A stretch of 64,000 bases of DNA from a virus (taxonomy: Duplodnaviria > Caudoviricetes), in the IMG/VR virus record IMGVR_UViG_3300021431_004524, positions 128,001 to 192,000 of that record, one strand, 5' to 3'. Below are positions 1 through 9,220 of the stretch, one piece after another. The notes under the pieces are model-generated. The model saw only the letters and a list, made by a program, of their open reading frames with translations, did no database searches and was not told the origin of the DNA. Position numbers and translations under genes: made by a program. How positions within the stretch are numbered: position 1 is the first letter of the stretch; every line of letters starts with the position of its first letter.

Positions 1-161
1 ATTCATCCAAGGATATGGTCGAATATCAAGGCGGTTGGTGCAATATATACTCATCCGGTCATTATTCAGTACCGAAGTTAGATGGGGTTGTTGTCCCTGA
101 CGGTACTTTTAAGAAATTAGGGATTGACTATCAAGGTGAACCTGTTGAAATTGTATAAACT

Positions 162-431
162 ATGACAAAGGATTATTATAAAGAGGTTGAACGTACAAGA
201 ATATTCTTTGATAATTATAAAGGATTTGTTAGAAAAATAGAACATTACCCGGTCTACTTCTATATTGGTGATTGTGGTATATGGTTTAGGTTTCAATATA
301 ATTTAGGTTATTATTATGCGGGTAATTTAGTTTTAAAAGATATTGAAAATAGACTTATAAACGATTTTCCTTATATTAAAAGTGTTCAGTTTTATGATGA
401 AATTGGCTACAATGCAGGAATAATAGTATAA
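162..431 (+). CDS. hypothetical protein
   Basis: 89-aa ORF co-oriented with neighbours; no recognisable motif. Confidence 0.6.
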   Translation: MTKDYYKEVERTRIFFDNYKGFVRKIEHYPVYFYIGDCGIWFRFQYNLGYYYAGNLVLKDIENRLINDFPYIKSVQFYDEIGYNAGIIV

Positions 432-562
432 CAAATACGATGAACAGACTAGAAGAAATATGGCTCCTGCTAATAATAAATCTGCTTTTTATTCAGATGA
501 AGAAAGAGAAATCGCTTTAAATTCAATTAATAATAAATAATATAAAAATATTTGTAATACAA

Positions 563-1384
563 ATGAAAGAGATAAAAACGCCATTACGCTATCCCGGTGG
601 AAAAAGTAGAGTAGCCGATATGTTAGTAAATATGGCACCTAAATTCGATGAGTATAGAGAACCGTTACTTGGTGGTGGTTCTGTTTTTATTAAAATGAAG
701 CAGAAATTTCAGAATGCTAATTATTGGATTAATGACCTTTTTTATGATTTATATTGTTTTTGGAATGAAATTAAAAATAACAAAAACGAGGTAATTAACA
801 TTGTAAAAAAGTGGAAAGAAAACTACAAAGACGGGAGGGCATTATATAAATATCTTTGTGATAATTTGTTTACGTTTTCACCGACAGAAAGAGCGGCTGC
901 GTTTTTTATTTTGAACAGAATTACGTTTTCTGGCACTAGTTGCAGCGGAGGGTATAGCCAAGAATCTTTTGACAAGAGATTCACTGATACGAGCATAGAA
1001 AGGGCAGAAAATATTTCTGAATTATTACGTGGAGTTAAAATTACTAATCTTGATTATGAAAGCCTACTAAATGAAGATGGGGATAATGTGTTCATATTTA
1101 TGGACCCGCCATATTATACTGCCACAAAATCGGCATTGTATGGAAAAAATGGTGATTTACATAAAGGATTTGACCACGAGAAATTTGCAAACGACGTTAA
1201 GAAATGTAAACATAAATGGCTAATTACATATGATGACTGCCAATATATACGTGATTTATATAAAGATTACACTATAATTCCATTTGAATTAATGTATGGT
1301 ATGAAAAATGTCACCAAAAATGCTGAAATGAAAGGAAAAGAAATCATGATAATAAATTATGAATTTGACACAAGAAGCGAGTAG
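563..1384 (+). CDS. Dam-like (D12 class) DNA adenine methyltransferase
   Basis: PLRYPGGKS, EPLLGGGSV (SAM-binding) and DPPY catalytic motifs. Confidence 0.93.
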   Translation: MKEIKTPLRYPGGKSRVADMLVNMAPKFDEYREPLLGGGSVFIKMKQKFQNANYWINDLFYDLYCFWNEIKNNKNEVINIVKKWKENYKDGRALYKYLCDNLFTFSPTERAAAFFILNRITFSGTSCSGGYSQESFDKRFTDTSIERAENISELLRGVKITNLDYESLLNEDGDNVFIFMDPPYYTATKSALYGKNGDLHKGFDHEKFANDVKKCKHKWLITYDDCQYIRDLYKDYTIIPFELMYGMKNVTKNAEMKGKEIMIINYEFDTRSE

Positions 1385-1471
1385 AAAACCAAATTATTCT
1401 ACGGTATACAGACCACGAAAAGTCTTATATATGTCCTTATTTAGTCTACGATAAAAGAAAAAATTAATCGA

Positions 1472-1528
1472 TTAACAAAAATTAACAGAAAATATTTGGT
1501 ACTTTCAAAAATTTGTAGTACTTTTGCA
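1472..1528 (+). promoter_or_regulatory. Bacteroidota-type sigma70 promoter driving Y RNA and TROVE gene
   Basis: TTTG (1495) - 20 nt - TACTTTTG (1519); upstream TTAAC-N5-TTAAC. Confidence 0.8.
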
Positions 1529-1543
1529 ACTGAAAAACTAAAA

Positions 1544-1686
1544 TAGTAGTGATTTGAGAGATACTTCGATTGGAATTGTGGGTCTGTGGTTCGAGTCCAC
1601 ATCTGCCGACAAACAGTAATAACAAACGGCAGATAGCTCAGTTGGTAGAGCAACAGTTAAGAATACACTGTCAATGATTTCCTCTA
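1544..1686 (+). ncRNA. YrlA-like Y RNA (permuted tRNA-like domain)
   Basis: Order T-arm (TGTGG TTCGAGT CCACA), acceptor TCTGCCG/loop/CGGCAGA, D-arm (GCTC AGTTGGTA GAGC), inside a terminal stem; directly upstream of Ro60/TROVE gene. Confidence 0.85.
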
Positions 1687-1747
1687 TTTTTTAATATAAT
1701 AAGTAAAAAATTTCTTTTAATAATAACAAATTAAATAGTGATAGAAT

Positions 1748-3412
1748 ATGGCAAAGTTTAATTCAAAGAAAGAGGCTGTAAAGCCAACAGTGATTAACGA
1801 GATGGGTGAGAAGGCTTTTGAACTTACAGCAAAGGAAAATCTCGTACAGAGTGTGTTAACCACATTCCTTCAGGGACAGTACTATGAAAGTGAGTCAGAG
1901 GAAATGAAGAAAATCCTCGATTGTGTTGAGAAGGTTGACCCATTGTTCGTGGCAAAACTTGCATTATATGCACGTAATGAGGGTAATATGAGGTCATCAA
2001 GCCATCTGCTTGGTGCAGCATTGGCAAAGCATATTGCCGGTCAGGAATATGCCGCACGTTTCTATAACAAACTCATTGTACGTCCGGATGATATGTCTGA
2101 GGTGCTTTCATGCTATGGTTCATTGAACGGTATGAATCTTACCGATAAGTCACTTCGTAAGATTCCAAACTCTATCAAGAAGGGATTCAAGGCTGCACTT
2201 GAGCGTCTCGATGCTTATCAGATTGACAAATATAAGATGAATAGCCGTCAGGTGAAACTCATTGACCTTGTTAACCTGTTGCACCCAACACCAACACAGA
2301 AGAATAAGGAGGCATATAAGCGTCTTATCAACGGTGAGTCTCTTGCTGACCTTTATGAGAGCAAGGTGTTGGAGAAGGAAATGTCAAAGGGTGGCCAGAC
2401 AGCCAAGACTGAGGAAGAGAAGACTGCCGCCAAGGAGGAAGCAATCTCTTCTGTTCTTGACAATGTTAAGGGTATGCCAATTTTCAACTTGCTTCGCAAC
2501 TTGCGTAACATTATCCTCTATGCGCCAAACCGTATCGACGATGCTATTACACAGTTGACTACAAGGGAGAAGATTGTCAATTCAAGACTGCTTCCATTCC
2601 GTTTTGCAACTGCATACAATGAAATTGAGAATATGAGTTATGAGGCAAAGAAGCCTTCATCTTCAATCGCTTTGGAAAGCGAAATCAGTAAGATGAAACT
2701 CACTCAGAACGAGTTCGCTACTATTAAGGCAAAGGTTCTTAAGGCTCTTGAAGATGCACTTGAGTATGCTTGTGAGAATATTCCTGAGTTGGAAGGAGGA
2801 ACCTACATCCTTTGCGATGACAGTGGTTCAATGAGAGGTGATATGGGTGGTCATTCACGTGTATCTGCATTCTCAAAGACGACATCATCTACAATTGGTC
2901 ACTTGTTTGCCGCAATGGTCGGTTGGAAACAGAAGGATATTTATATCGGTCTGTTCGGTGATAGGCTCATTCCAGTGGAAGTTGACCGTTCTAAGAGGAT
3001 GCTCGATTTCTGTAACTACATGGACAGTAAGGGTGGCTCATGTGGCGGTGGTACAGAGGCCGGTATTTATGACTTCCTTCGTCAGTGCATTAAGGAGAAG
3101 AAGAAGGTGGATAACGTAATCGTCTTCTCTGACTGTCAGATTGGTTCCGGTGCAGAGACCGCATGGTATGGCGTGGATAGTAGTGACCGTAGTGGACGCT
3201 TCCAGGACTTGTTCAAGGAGTTCAAGAAGATTAACCCAATGTGTAACTTCATTGTGTGCAATCTTCGTTCGGCTAAGGGCAACTCAGTATTCCACAAGTC
3301 ACAGAGAATACTTAACATCGCTGGTTGGAGTGAGAAGATTTTCGACGTGATTAAGTCCAATACCGTTGGTATGGAGGCAATCATCAAGAAGATTGAAGCC
3401 ATCGAGATATAA
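1748..3412 (+). CDS. TROVE/vWA domain protein (Ro60/Rsr ortholog)
   Basis: KLALYARNEGNMRS, RPDDMSE, LVNLLHP, LLRNLRNI, RLLPFRF; vWA MIDAS DDSGSM. Confidence 0.92.
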   Translation: MAKFNSKKEAVKPTVINEMGEKAFELTAKENLVQSVLTTFLQGQYYESESEEMKKILDCVEKVDPLFVAKLALYARNEGNMRSSSHLLGAALAKHIAGQEYAARFYNKLIVRPDDMSEVLSCYGSLNGMNLTDKSLRKIPNSIKKGFKAALERLDAYQIDKYKMNSRQVKLIDLVNLLHPTPTQKNKEAYKRLINGESLADLYESKVLEKEMSKGGQTAKTEEEKTAAKEEAISSVLDNVKGMPIFNLLRNLRNIILYAPNRIDDAITQLTTREKIVNSRLLPFRFATAYNEIENMSYEAKKPSSSIALESEISKMKLTQNEFATIKAKVLKALEDALEYACENIPELEGGTYILCDDSGSMRGDMGGHSRVSAFSKTTSSTIGHLFAAMVGWKQKDIYIGLFGDRLIPVEVDRSKRMLDFCNYMDSKGGSCGGGTEAGIYDFLRQCIKEKKKVDNVIVFSDCQIGSGAETAWYGVDSSDRSGRFQDLFKEFKKINPMCNFIVCNLRSAKGNSVFHKSQRILNIAGWSEKIFDVIKSNTVGMEAIIKKIEAIEI

Positions 3413-3616
3413 TCTGAATATTCAGAAGAACGGTTGACTGAGGGTATTTGAAAGAGAATATCTGCCACAGGGCGTTGAAAGCATGAATATAATAAACATG
3501 GATAAAGATTCAAGGCGTACAACTGTTAAGAGGAAATAAAAGTTAGAACTAGCCTGTTCCTAGCAACCGTTCTTTTAAAAAGAAAACCTAATTTATTAAT
3601 AAATAAAGTTAAGCAT

Positions 3617-3847
3617 ATGAGTAAGAAGTTATTTAAGCGGCTGATGGCCACTAAGACCGCTGAATTGAGAAAGTGGGCAAGCAGGCATAATCTTACATTC
3701 AAGACAACATCAGAGATTGAGCGTGAAAACACTGAACGCGAGAAGGAACGGAAACGTCTTGAACGTGAGCGTAGTAGGACAGAAGGTAATGGCCGTTATG
3801 GTGGTGCCCGAGGCAAACGTAATTTTAAATCACAACGTGATGCATAA
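3617..3847 (+). CDS. small basic hypothetical protein
   Basis: 76-aa Arg/Lys-rich ORF whose stop overlaps the next ATG. Confidence 0.5.
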   Translation: MSKKLFKRLMATKTAELRKWASRHNLTFKTTSEIERENTEREKERKRLERERSRTEGNGRYGGARGKRNFKSQRDA

Positions 3848-5303
3848 CGAAAAGGTTTTCACACCAATTTGGATGGTTAAAATTATGCTTAATAAGTTGC
3901 AGTATTTCGGTAACGGGATACTGCAAAAGCATATTATTGATAATAGTTGCGGTAAGGGTGCGTTTCTTGCTGAGATAGTAGATAGGTACTGTAAAGCATT
4001 TCTTGAGACCTACGGAACTAAAGGTAACCTTAGCCTTAAACATGAACTTGAAACATATATACACGGTATAGAAATCGATGAAACTTGTTGGGGATTGACA
4101 ATTGTTAATCTTAACCGTGTCGGGCTTAAATATGACTTGGAAAATGTAGATTGGGATATTAAGCGTGGCGATGCTCTTGAAATAGATGAATACAATGGTA
4201 AAATGGATTATGTCGTTGGCAATCCACCGTATTGTAATGTTCATGACTTCGGTGACAAATATGATGCAATAAAGAAGTTCTCTTTTTCACAAGGCGGCAT
4301 GGCAGATTTGTATCTTGTATTCTTTGAAATTGGTATAAACATGCTCAACGATACAGGAAAGTTAATTTATATTACACCAAGTTCATGGACAACAAGCATC
4401 GCCGGAAAACCATTCAGAAAATATCTTATAGAAAACGATAAACTTAGTGAAGTAATTACATTAGGACATGAGAAAGTGTTTCCGGATGCAACTACATTCA
4501 CAATTGTTACAGTTATCGAGAAAATAAAGGATATCGATGATGAACATGAAATAACATTATATAACTACGATTCAGAAAATAATTGTATCGATTATATTGC
4601 AACAAGACCGTTACATTTATTCACAGTAGGTGATTCATTCTATTTCAATGGTGATGTTGAATCAATCAGGCTTATCAAGGAAATAGAAAAGCATGACTAT
4701 GAGGATTTAGTTAAAGTGAAAAACGGTTTCGCAACACTCAATGACAAATTGTTCGTCATCGATGAAGATATACAAGAAAATGACCCAAGGTTCGGAGTTA
4801 AAGATATAATTCCGGCAATTAAGGCATCAACCGGTGAAGAAAAGTGGATGGTGTTCCCATACGATATGAAAAACGGTAATAAACCGTTTAAGTTTGAAGA
4901 ACTGTCAGATGTAACACAAAAGTATCTTCTGAAACGTGCAAGACAACTCAACATGGAAGAAAAAGGTAAGATGACCGGAGAATGGTGGCTCTATGGAAGA
5001 ACACAGGCAATTAATGACTATGGAAAGGGTAACAGATATGCTATTAATAACCTTATAAGAAATAAAGAGGATATTAAGATAAATGGCTTATTCCATACAA
5101 CCGGTGTTTATAGCGGGTATTATATCATTGCAGAAGGAAAAAAATTAACCATAGTCGATTGTATGAAATACCTATACAATGATACATTCGTAAATTATGT
5201 AAAAACACTAGGAAAATATAAGAATGGCGGCTATTATACCTTTTCTTCAAAGGATTTACAAAATTTTCTTAACTATCAAATAAAAAAATTTGATAAAAAT
5301 TGA
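3840..5303 (+). CDS. N6-adenine DNA methyltransferase (Eco57I/TaqI-like, with C-terminal TRD)
   Basis: VFTP, DNSCGKGAFL, GNPPY, DLYLVFFE; likely start ATG 3840 rather than 3717. Confidence 0.88.
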   Translation: MHNEKVFTPIWMVKIMLNKLQYFGNGILQKHIIDNSCGKGAFLAEIVDRYCKAFLETYGTKGNLSLKHELETYIHGIEIDETCWGLTIVNLNRVGLKYDLENVDWDIKRGDALEIDEYNGKMDYVVGNPPYCNVHDFGDKYDAIKKFSFSQGGMADLYLVFFEIGINMLNDTGKLIYITPSSWTTSIAGKPFRKYLIENDKLSEVITLGHEKVFPDATTFTIVTVIEKIKDIDDEHEITLYNYDSENNCIDYIATRPLHLFTVGDSFYFNGDVESIRLIKEIEKHDYEDLVKVKNGFATLNDKLFVIDEDIQENDPRFGVKDIIPAIKASTGEEKWMVFPYDMKNGNKPFKFEELSDVTQKYLLKRARQLNMEEKGKMTGEWWLYGRTQAINDYGKGNRYAINNLIRNKEDIKINGLFHTTGVYSGYYIIAEGKKLTIVDCMKYLYNDTFVNYVKTLGKYKNGGYYTFSSKDLQNFLNYQIKKFDKN

Positions 5304-5354
5304 TACTTTTCAAAAACTACCCTATATTTATTTTTAAAAATTAACCAAATAAAA

Positions 5355-5543
5355 ATGCAGAAATCTTACATCAGCGCATCAGCAAGCAGACAATGGCTTC
5401 AGGGAACCACAACAAGTTGTTCTCCGATTAATAGTGCGTTGTATGGCAATTTTGTACCAGCATTTGAACATGGTTTAGATTATGATAAAATTGAAAAGGG
5501 TATAAAGCAGCGAAAAAAGAAAATATTAAATGTAGCCGCATAG
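5355..5543 (+). CDS. small hypothetical protein
   Basis: 62-aa ORF with A-rich upstream and downstream terminator; ends VAA. Confidence 0.45.
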   Translation: MQKSYISASASRQWLQGTTTSCSPINSALYGNFVPAFEHGLDYDKIEKGIKQRKKKILNVAA

Positions 5544-5576
5544 GAACATTCCGATAAAACTCAATATATTTTCCCC

Positions 5577-5622
5577 AAAGCTGTGATGAAGACCCTAAAA
5601 AGTGAAAATCACGGCTTTTTTA
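5577..5622 (+). terminator. intrinsic terminator
   Basis: AAAGCTGTGAT...ATCACGGCTTTTTT hairpin plus T-run. Confidence 0.65.
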
Positions 5623-5682
5623 TATTATAATAAGGTGTATTCCTTAAAAAATATTAACAAGGATAAAAAAGTTGAGAAAATA

Positions 5683-5716
5683 TTTGGATATTTCAAAAAA
5701 AGATAGTACCTTTGCA
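5683..5716 (+). promoter_or_regulatory. Bacteroidota-type promoter for tRNA operon
   Basis: TTTG-N20-TACCTTTG. Confidence 0.8.
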
Positions 5717-5764
5717 TCGCAATTCAGAATTAATACTTCTGATAAAGCAAAAACGGAACAATGA

Positions 5765-5812
5765 GGTAGAAATACCAAATGTAAGTTTCCAAACAGAGTT
5801 CTTTGACATATT
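5765..5812 (+). promoter_or_regulatory. putative boxB/boxA antitermination leader
   Basis: GGTA-GAAA-TACC hairpin followed by GAGTTCTTTGACAT (rrn boxA-like). Confidence 0.55.
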
Positions 5813-6016
5813 GGGACAACAAAATAAAGCAAAAAAAATCAATTCGGAGAGGATTGGTGAAAAACCACATTCATTTTTGCCTATAAGGTGACGAATTGGG
5901 GTCAGGTAGTCAGTAATTACAAGCCCACCTTACGGGATGAGCCTATAAGCAAACAAAATGAATTAGTTCAGTAAATATAAGGTAGAAATACCTAACAGAA
6001 TTCCAAGTTGAGACAT

Positions 6017-6172
6017 TCAGGTGTAGCTCAGAGGCAGAGCAACGGACTGTATACAGAGTAAACTGTAAAATCAAACTCAGCAATTAAAAATGGAAACATT
6101 AATGATTTCCCGGTTCGACTCCGGGTTGTTGGGCTAATCCGTAGGTCGAGATTTCGAAATTCTCCACCTGAG
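6017..6172 (+). tRNA. tRNA-Asn(GTT) with 84-nt intron (6051-6134)
   Basis: TCAGGTG/CACCTGA, G73, short variable loop; CTGT|...|TAA joins to CT GTT AA. Confidence 0.8.
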
Positions 6173-6180
6173 CATATATA

Positions 6181-6467
6181 GAACAAGTACAGACCACTGA
6201 GTAGGAACTGGGGGAAGTGATAGGTAAATGCTAGATTCATATTTATCACGCAGACGGACTCAAAGTAGTACCGACAGACCAGTGAAAGGTGTTGGTTAGG
6301 TTAATTCCTAAAACGTGAAGAGCAGCGGATTCTGTGAAGAGCCATATGACACGGAACACAACAAACGTCGTAAAACAGCGCAAGTGCCTAATAGCGGGTT
6401 ACCTGATTAAATCTGAATAAGATGATAAAAGGTTGCAAAAGTCTGTACCTCGTCAATTTACTTGTTC
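6181..6467 (+). ncRNA. candidate structured ncRNA (~290 nt)
   Basis: GAACAAGTA/TACTTGTTC and GTACAGAC/GTCTGTAC long-range pairings; GC higher than spacers; no good ORF. Confidence 0.45.
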
Positions 6468-6638
6468 TTTTAATTTTAAAAATAGTTAAATTTCTTAACT
6501 ATCATTTTTTGTTTTAAAAACTCCGAGGGAAGGAAATGGTTGGACTTACGGCAAATGCTAGGAACCTGATGAACCGTAAGACAAAGGTATGTTGTAGGAG
6601 TTGCAGGTGAAACGGACAACAGTGTAGGAGTTTTTTCT

Positions 6639-6711
6639 GGGGGAGAAGCTAACTTAGTAGAAGCGCTGGACTGAAAATCCAGAGGAGGTGGAGCGTAACC
6701 ACCCTCCCCCA
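6639..6711 (+). tRNA. tRNA-Phe(GAA)
   Basis: Cloverleaf, CTGGA CTGAAAA TCCAG; atypical T-loop AGCGTAA. Confidence 0.8.
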
Positions 6712-6720
6712 CTTTTTATT

Positions 6721-6888
6721 GGGAGGTTATTCCGTAAGTGGTAGCGGGGCTGACTGTATACAGAGTAAACTGAAAATCAAACTTCGTATTGGTCGAGTGG
6801 CTAAAACTTGCATACGTTGGTTCGAATCCAACATACGAAGCAAATCAGCTGCTTAACGGCTCGGGTGGTTCGACTCCATCACCTCCCA
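6721..6888 (+). tRNA. tRNA-Tyr(GTA) with 84-nt intron (6758-6841)
   Basis: GGGAGGT/ACCTCCC-A, long variable arm; CTGT|...|AAA joins to CT GTA AA. Confidence 0.87.
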
Positions 6889-7160
6889 CATCTAAATTCA
6901 GAACCTATGTTTTGCTGTGTCAGAGTAAATAAACAGTAGGTGGGATATGGTATGTCACCTTGAGAGAGGAAACAGAGAGAAAACGGCGAAATAGACGGTA
7001 GGCAAGTTCGTTCTTCGTTAATATCAGAATAAACCATTAATACTAGTTAAGGGTAATGAGGTTTTGTAGGTAAGGAAACCGCCACACTAAGTTTGGAAAC
7101 AATAAATAAGAACTAAGTGAAATGGTAAGTTGGTTTATGGATTTCCAACGTAAATTTTAT

Positions 7161-7235
7161 GGGCTGCTCATATAATGGTTATTATGCCGGCTTTGCAAGC
7201 CGGTCATCTGGTTTCGACTACCAGGCGGTCCACCA
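7161..7235 (+). tRNA. tRNA-Ala(TGC)
   Basis: Cloverleaf, G3-U70, encoded CCA. Confidence 0.9.
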
Positions 7236-7240
7236 TCAAT

Positions 7241-7314
7241 AGATGCTTAGTTCAGTTGATTAGAATATCGGTCTCCAAAACCGAGGGTCGGAGGTTTGAG
7301 TCCTTCAGCATCTG
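7241..7314 (+). tRNA. tRNA-Trp(CCA)
   Basis: TCGGT CTCCAAA ACCGA. Confidence 0.9.
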
Positions 7315-7324
7315 CATTTTATAT

Positions 7325-7396
7325 GGCGCATTCGTCTATCGGCCAGGACACAAGATTTTCATTCTTGGAAGAGCAGTTCGATTCTGCTATGCGCTA
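7325..7396 (+). tRNA. tRNA-Glu(TTC)
   Basis: CAAGA TTTTCAT TCTTG. Confidence 0.9.
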
Positions 7397-7412
7397 CTAT
7401 TAGTTTATCAAA

Positions 7413-7485
7413 CGGGATATGGTGTTTAATGGTAGCATCCTTGGTTTGGGACCAAGTGGAGTGGTTTCGAGTACCGCTATCCCGA
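7413..7485 (+). tRNA. tRNA-Pro(TGG)
   Basis: CGGGATA/TATCCCG; CTTGG TTTGGGA CCAAG. Confidence 0.9.
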
Positions 7486-7493
7486 CAAATGAT

Positions 7494-7565
7494 GGCCGGT
7501 TCGTCTATCGGTTAGGACACAAGATTTTCATTCTTGGAAGAGGGGTTCGATTCCCCTACCGGCTA
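7494..7565 (+). tRNA. tRNA-Glu(TTC), second copy
   Basis: Cloverleaf with same anticodon arm as 7325. Confidence 0.9.
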
Positions 7566-7576
7566 CTTTTATTTTC

Positions 7577-7648
7577 GCCTCCTTGGGTGAGTGGTTGAGC
7601 CACCGGTCTGCAAAACCGGGCACCCCTGTTCGAATCAGGGAGGAGGCT
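7577..7648 (+). tRNA. tRNA-Cys(GCA)
   Basis: CCGGT CTGCAAA ACCGG; U73. Confidence 0.92.
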
Positions 7649-7663
7649 CATATATAATTAATT

Positions 7664-7815
7664 GCCCTGTTAGCTCAATTGGTAGAGCAGCGCACTTGTA
7701 TAATGGAGTAAACCATTAATAAAAATCAAGACTATATAGATAGGTATTATAATAAGGTTCGAATCCTTTATATAGTCCAATGCGCAGGTTGTTGGTTCGA
7801 TTCCGACACAGGGCT
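7664..7815 (+). tRNA. tRNA-Thr(TGT) with 79-nt intron (7700-7778)
   Basis: GCCCTGT/ACAGGGC; GCGCA CTTGT|...|AA TGCGC. Confidence 0.87.
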
Positions 7816-7888
7816 CAAAAATAAAAAAGTTCAAATACTTGAAATATTTGAAAAATCCTTTATATTTATAATAAAGTGTAGTTCGAAT

Positions 7889-8482
7889 ATGAAGGTAAAT
7901 TGGATTAACGAAAAAGAAACTATTGAGAAACTTATAAAAGAAGGAGTATCATATGAACGTATTGGTAGGCAGTATGATGTTACAGGTGCCGCAGTTAAAA
8001 AGGCAGCAAAAAAATTAGGTATCGAACTTAAATATAGAAGGGAAATAAATCCCAACGAACATTTCAATAAAGGAGTTAAACAAATACATATTTGTTTAAA
8101 TTGTGGTAAAGAATTTGAACATAGTAGAAACACAAAAAATAAATTTTGTTCACACACTTGTCAACAGACATATCGACGTAAACAATATATAGAACGATGG
8201 AAAAATGGCGAAGAAAATGGATTAAGTGGTGAATATAATTTATCAAAAGTAATTAAACGTTATCTAATGGAAAAACATAATTACGAATGTGAGAAATGTG
8301 GATGGGGTGAAAAAAATATTTACACAAATACAATACCATTGGAAATACATCATATAGACGGTGATTATACTAACAATAAAGAAGAGAATCTACAGGTTTT
8401 ATGCCCTAACTGTCATTCTCTTACTGAAACACATAAATCACACAATAAAAAGGGCAGAAAGGGAAGAAAAAAATATAATTAA
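7889..8482 (+). CDS. HNH homing endonuclease with N-terminal HTH and Zn ribbons
   Basis: CLNC...FCSHTC, CEKC, LEIHHIDGD.TNN..ENLQVLCPNCH; free-standing within tRNA array. Confidence 0.9.
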   Translation: MKVNWINEKETIEKLIKEGVSYERIGRQYDVTGAAVKKAAKKLGIELKYRREINPNEHFNKGVKQIHICLNCGKEFEHSRNTKNKFCSHTCQQTYRRKQYIERWKNGEENGLSGEYNLSKVIKRYLMEKHNYECEKCGWGEKNIYTNTIPLEIHHIDGDYTNNKEENLQVLCPNCHSLTETHKSHNKKGRKGRKKYN

Positions 8483-8491
8483 TAGATAGTC

Positions 8492-8576
8492 GGCTTCATG
8501 GTGGAATTGGTAGACACGTCAGGTTTAAGCCCTGATGGGCATTGTGCCTGTTCGGGTTCGAGTCCCGATGAAGCCA
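8492..8576 (+). tRNA. tRNA-Leu(TAA)
   Basis: GGCTTCA/TGAAGCC-A, long variable arm. Confidence 0.9.
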
Positions 8577-8608
8577 CTGAATAATGGGTGTTTAACTCAG
8601 TGATAACT

Positions 8609-8682
8609 GTTGGCATAATTCAGTAGGTTAGAATGTCACGCTGATACCGTGAATGTGGGTGGTTCGAGTCCATCTGCCAACA
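8609..8682 (+). tRNA. tRNA-Ile(GAT)
   Basis: TCACG CTGATAC CGTGA. Confidence 0.88.
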
Positions 8683-8690
8683 CTTTTTAT

Positions 8691-8765
8691 AGTGCGTTAG
8701 TTCAGTAGGTTTAGAATGCCACACTGTCACTGTGGAGGTCGCCGGTTCGAATCCGGTACGCACTG
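8691..8765 (+). tRNA. tRNA-Asp(GTC)
   Basis: CCACA CTGTCAC TGTGG; G73. Confidence 0.92.
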
Positions 8766-8797
8766 CTTAACTATCTGATTATCAGTCAGTTATGTTT

Positions 8798-8951
8798 GAC
8801 TCCGTAGCTCAGTGGTAGAGCACCTGACTTTTTTAACGGAGAGAACCGTCTTAAACACATTTCCATGTTTAAAAGTGGTGAAACAGATGAAAGTCCGACT
8901 CTTTCACATGGAACAATCAGGGAGTCATGGGTTCAAGTCCCATCGGAGTCA
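8798..8951 (+). tRNA. tRNA-Lys(TTT) with 82-nt intron (8833-8914)
   Basis: GACTCCG/CGGAGTC; CCTGA CTTTT|...|AA TCAGG. Confidence 0.87.
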
Positions 8952-8963
8952 CAAAGTTAATAT

Positions 8964-9039
8964 GGGACAGTTGGCCGAGAGGTTAGGCGCAGGATTGTGG
9001 TTCCTGTTTACGTTGGTTCGAACCCAACACTGCCCCCCA
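8964..9039 (+). tRNA. tRNA-His(GTG)
   Basis: G-1/C73, CAGGA TTGTGGT TCCTG, encoded CCA. Confidence 0.88.
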
Positions 9040-9044
9040 TAATT

Positions 9045-9117
9045 GCACCATTGGTGTTAGCGATTAGCATATCAGACTTCCAATCTGAAGGGGACAGTTT
9101 GAATCTGTTATGGTGCT
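9045..9117 (+). tRNA. tRNA-Gly(TCC)
   Basis: TCAGA CTTCCAA TCTGA; U73. Confidence 0.88.
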
Positions 9118-9124
9118 CTAATTT

Positions 9125-9196
9125 GCAGTATTCGTATAGTGGTTATTACACCTGCTTGCCATGCAGGAGACGAAGTTTCGATTACTTTATACTGCT
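9125..9196 (+). tRNA. tRNA-Gly(GCC)
   Basis: CCTGC TTGCCAT GCAGG; U73. Confidence 0.88.
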
Positions 9197-9220
9197 CTAA
9201 TTAATAGAAATTGACGATAT

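Noticed and set aside
3717-3839. N-terminal extension of the methyltransferase ORF
   Set aside because: It overlaps ORF 3617; conserved motifs begin after ATG 3840.
6540-6615. CTGATGA...GAAAC as a hammerhead ribozyme
   Set aside because: Stems I-III could not be formed with correct geometry.
8586-8607. GGGTGTTTAACTCAGTG tRNA-like start
   Set aside because: Only a 5' fragment with no anticodon or T-arm; treated as a remnant.
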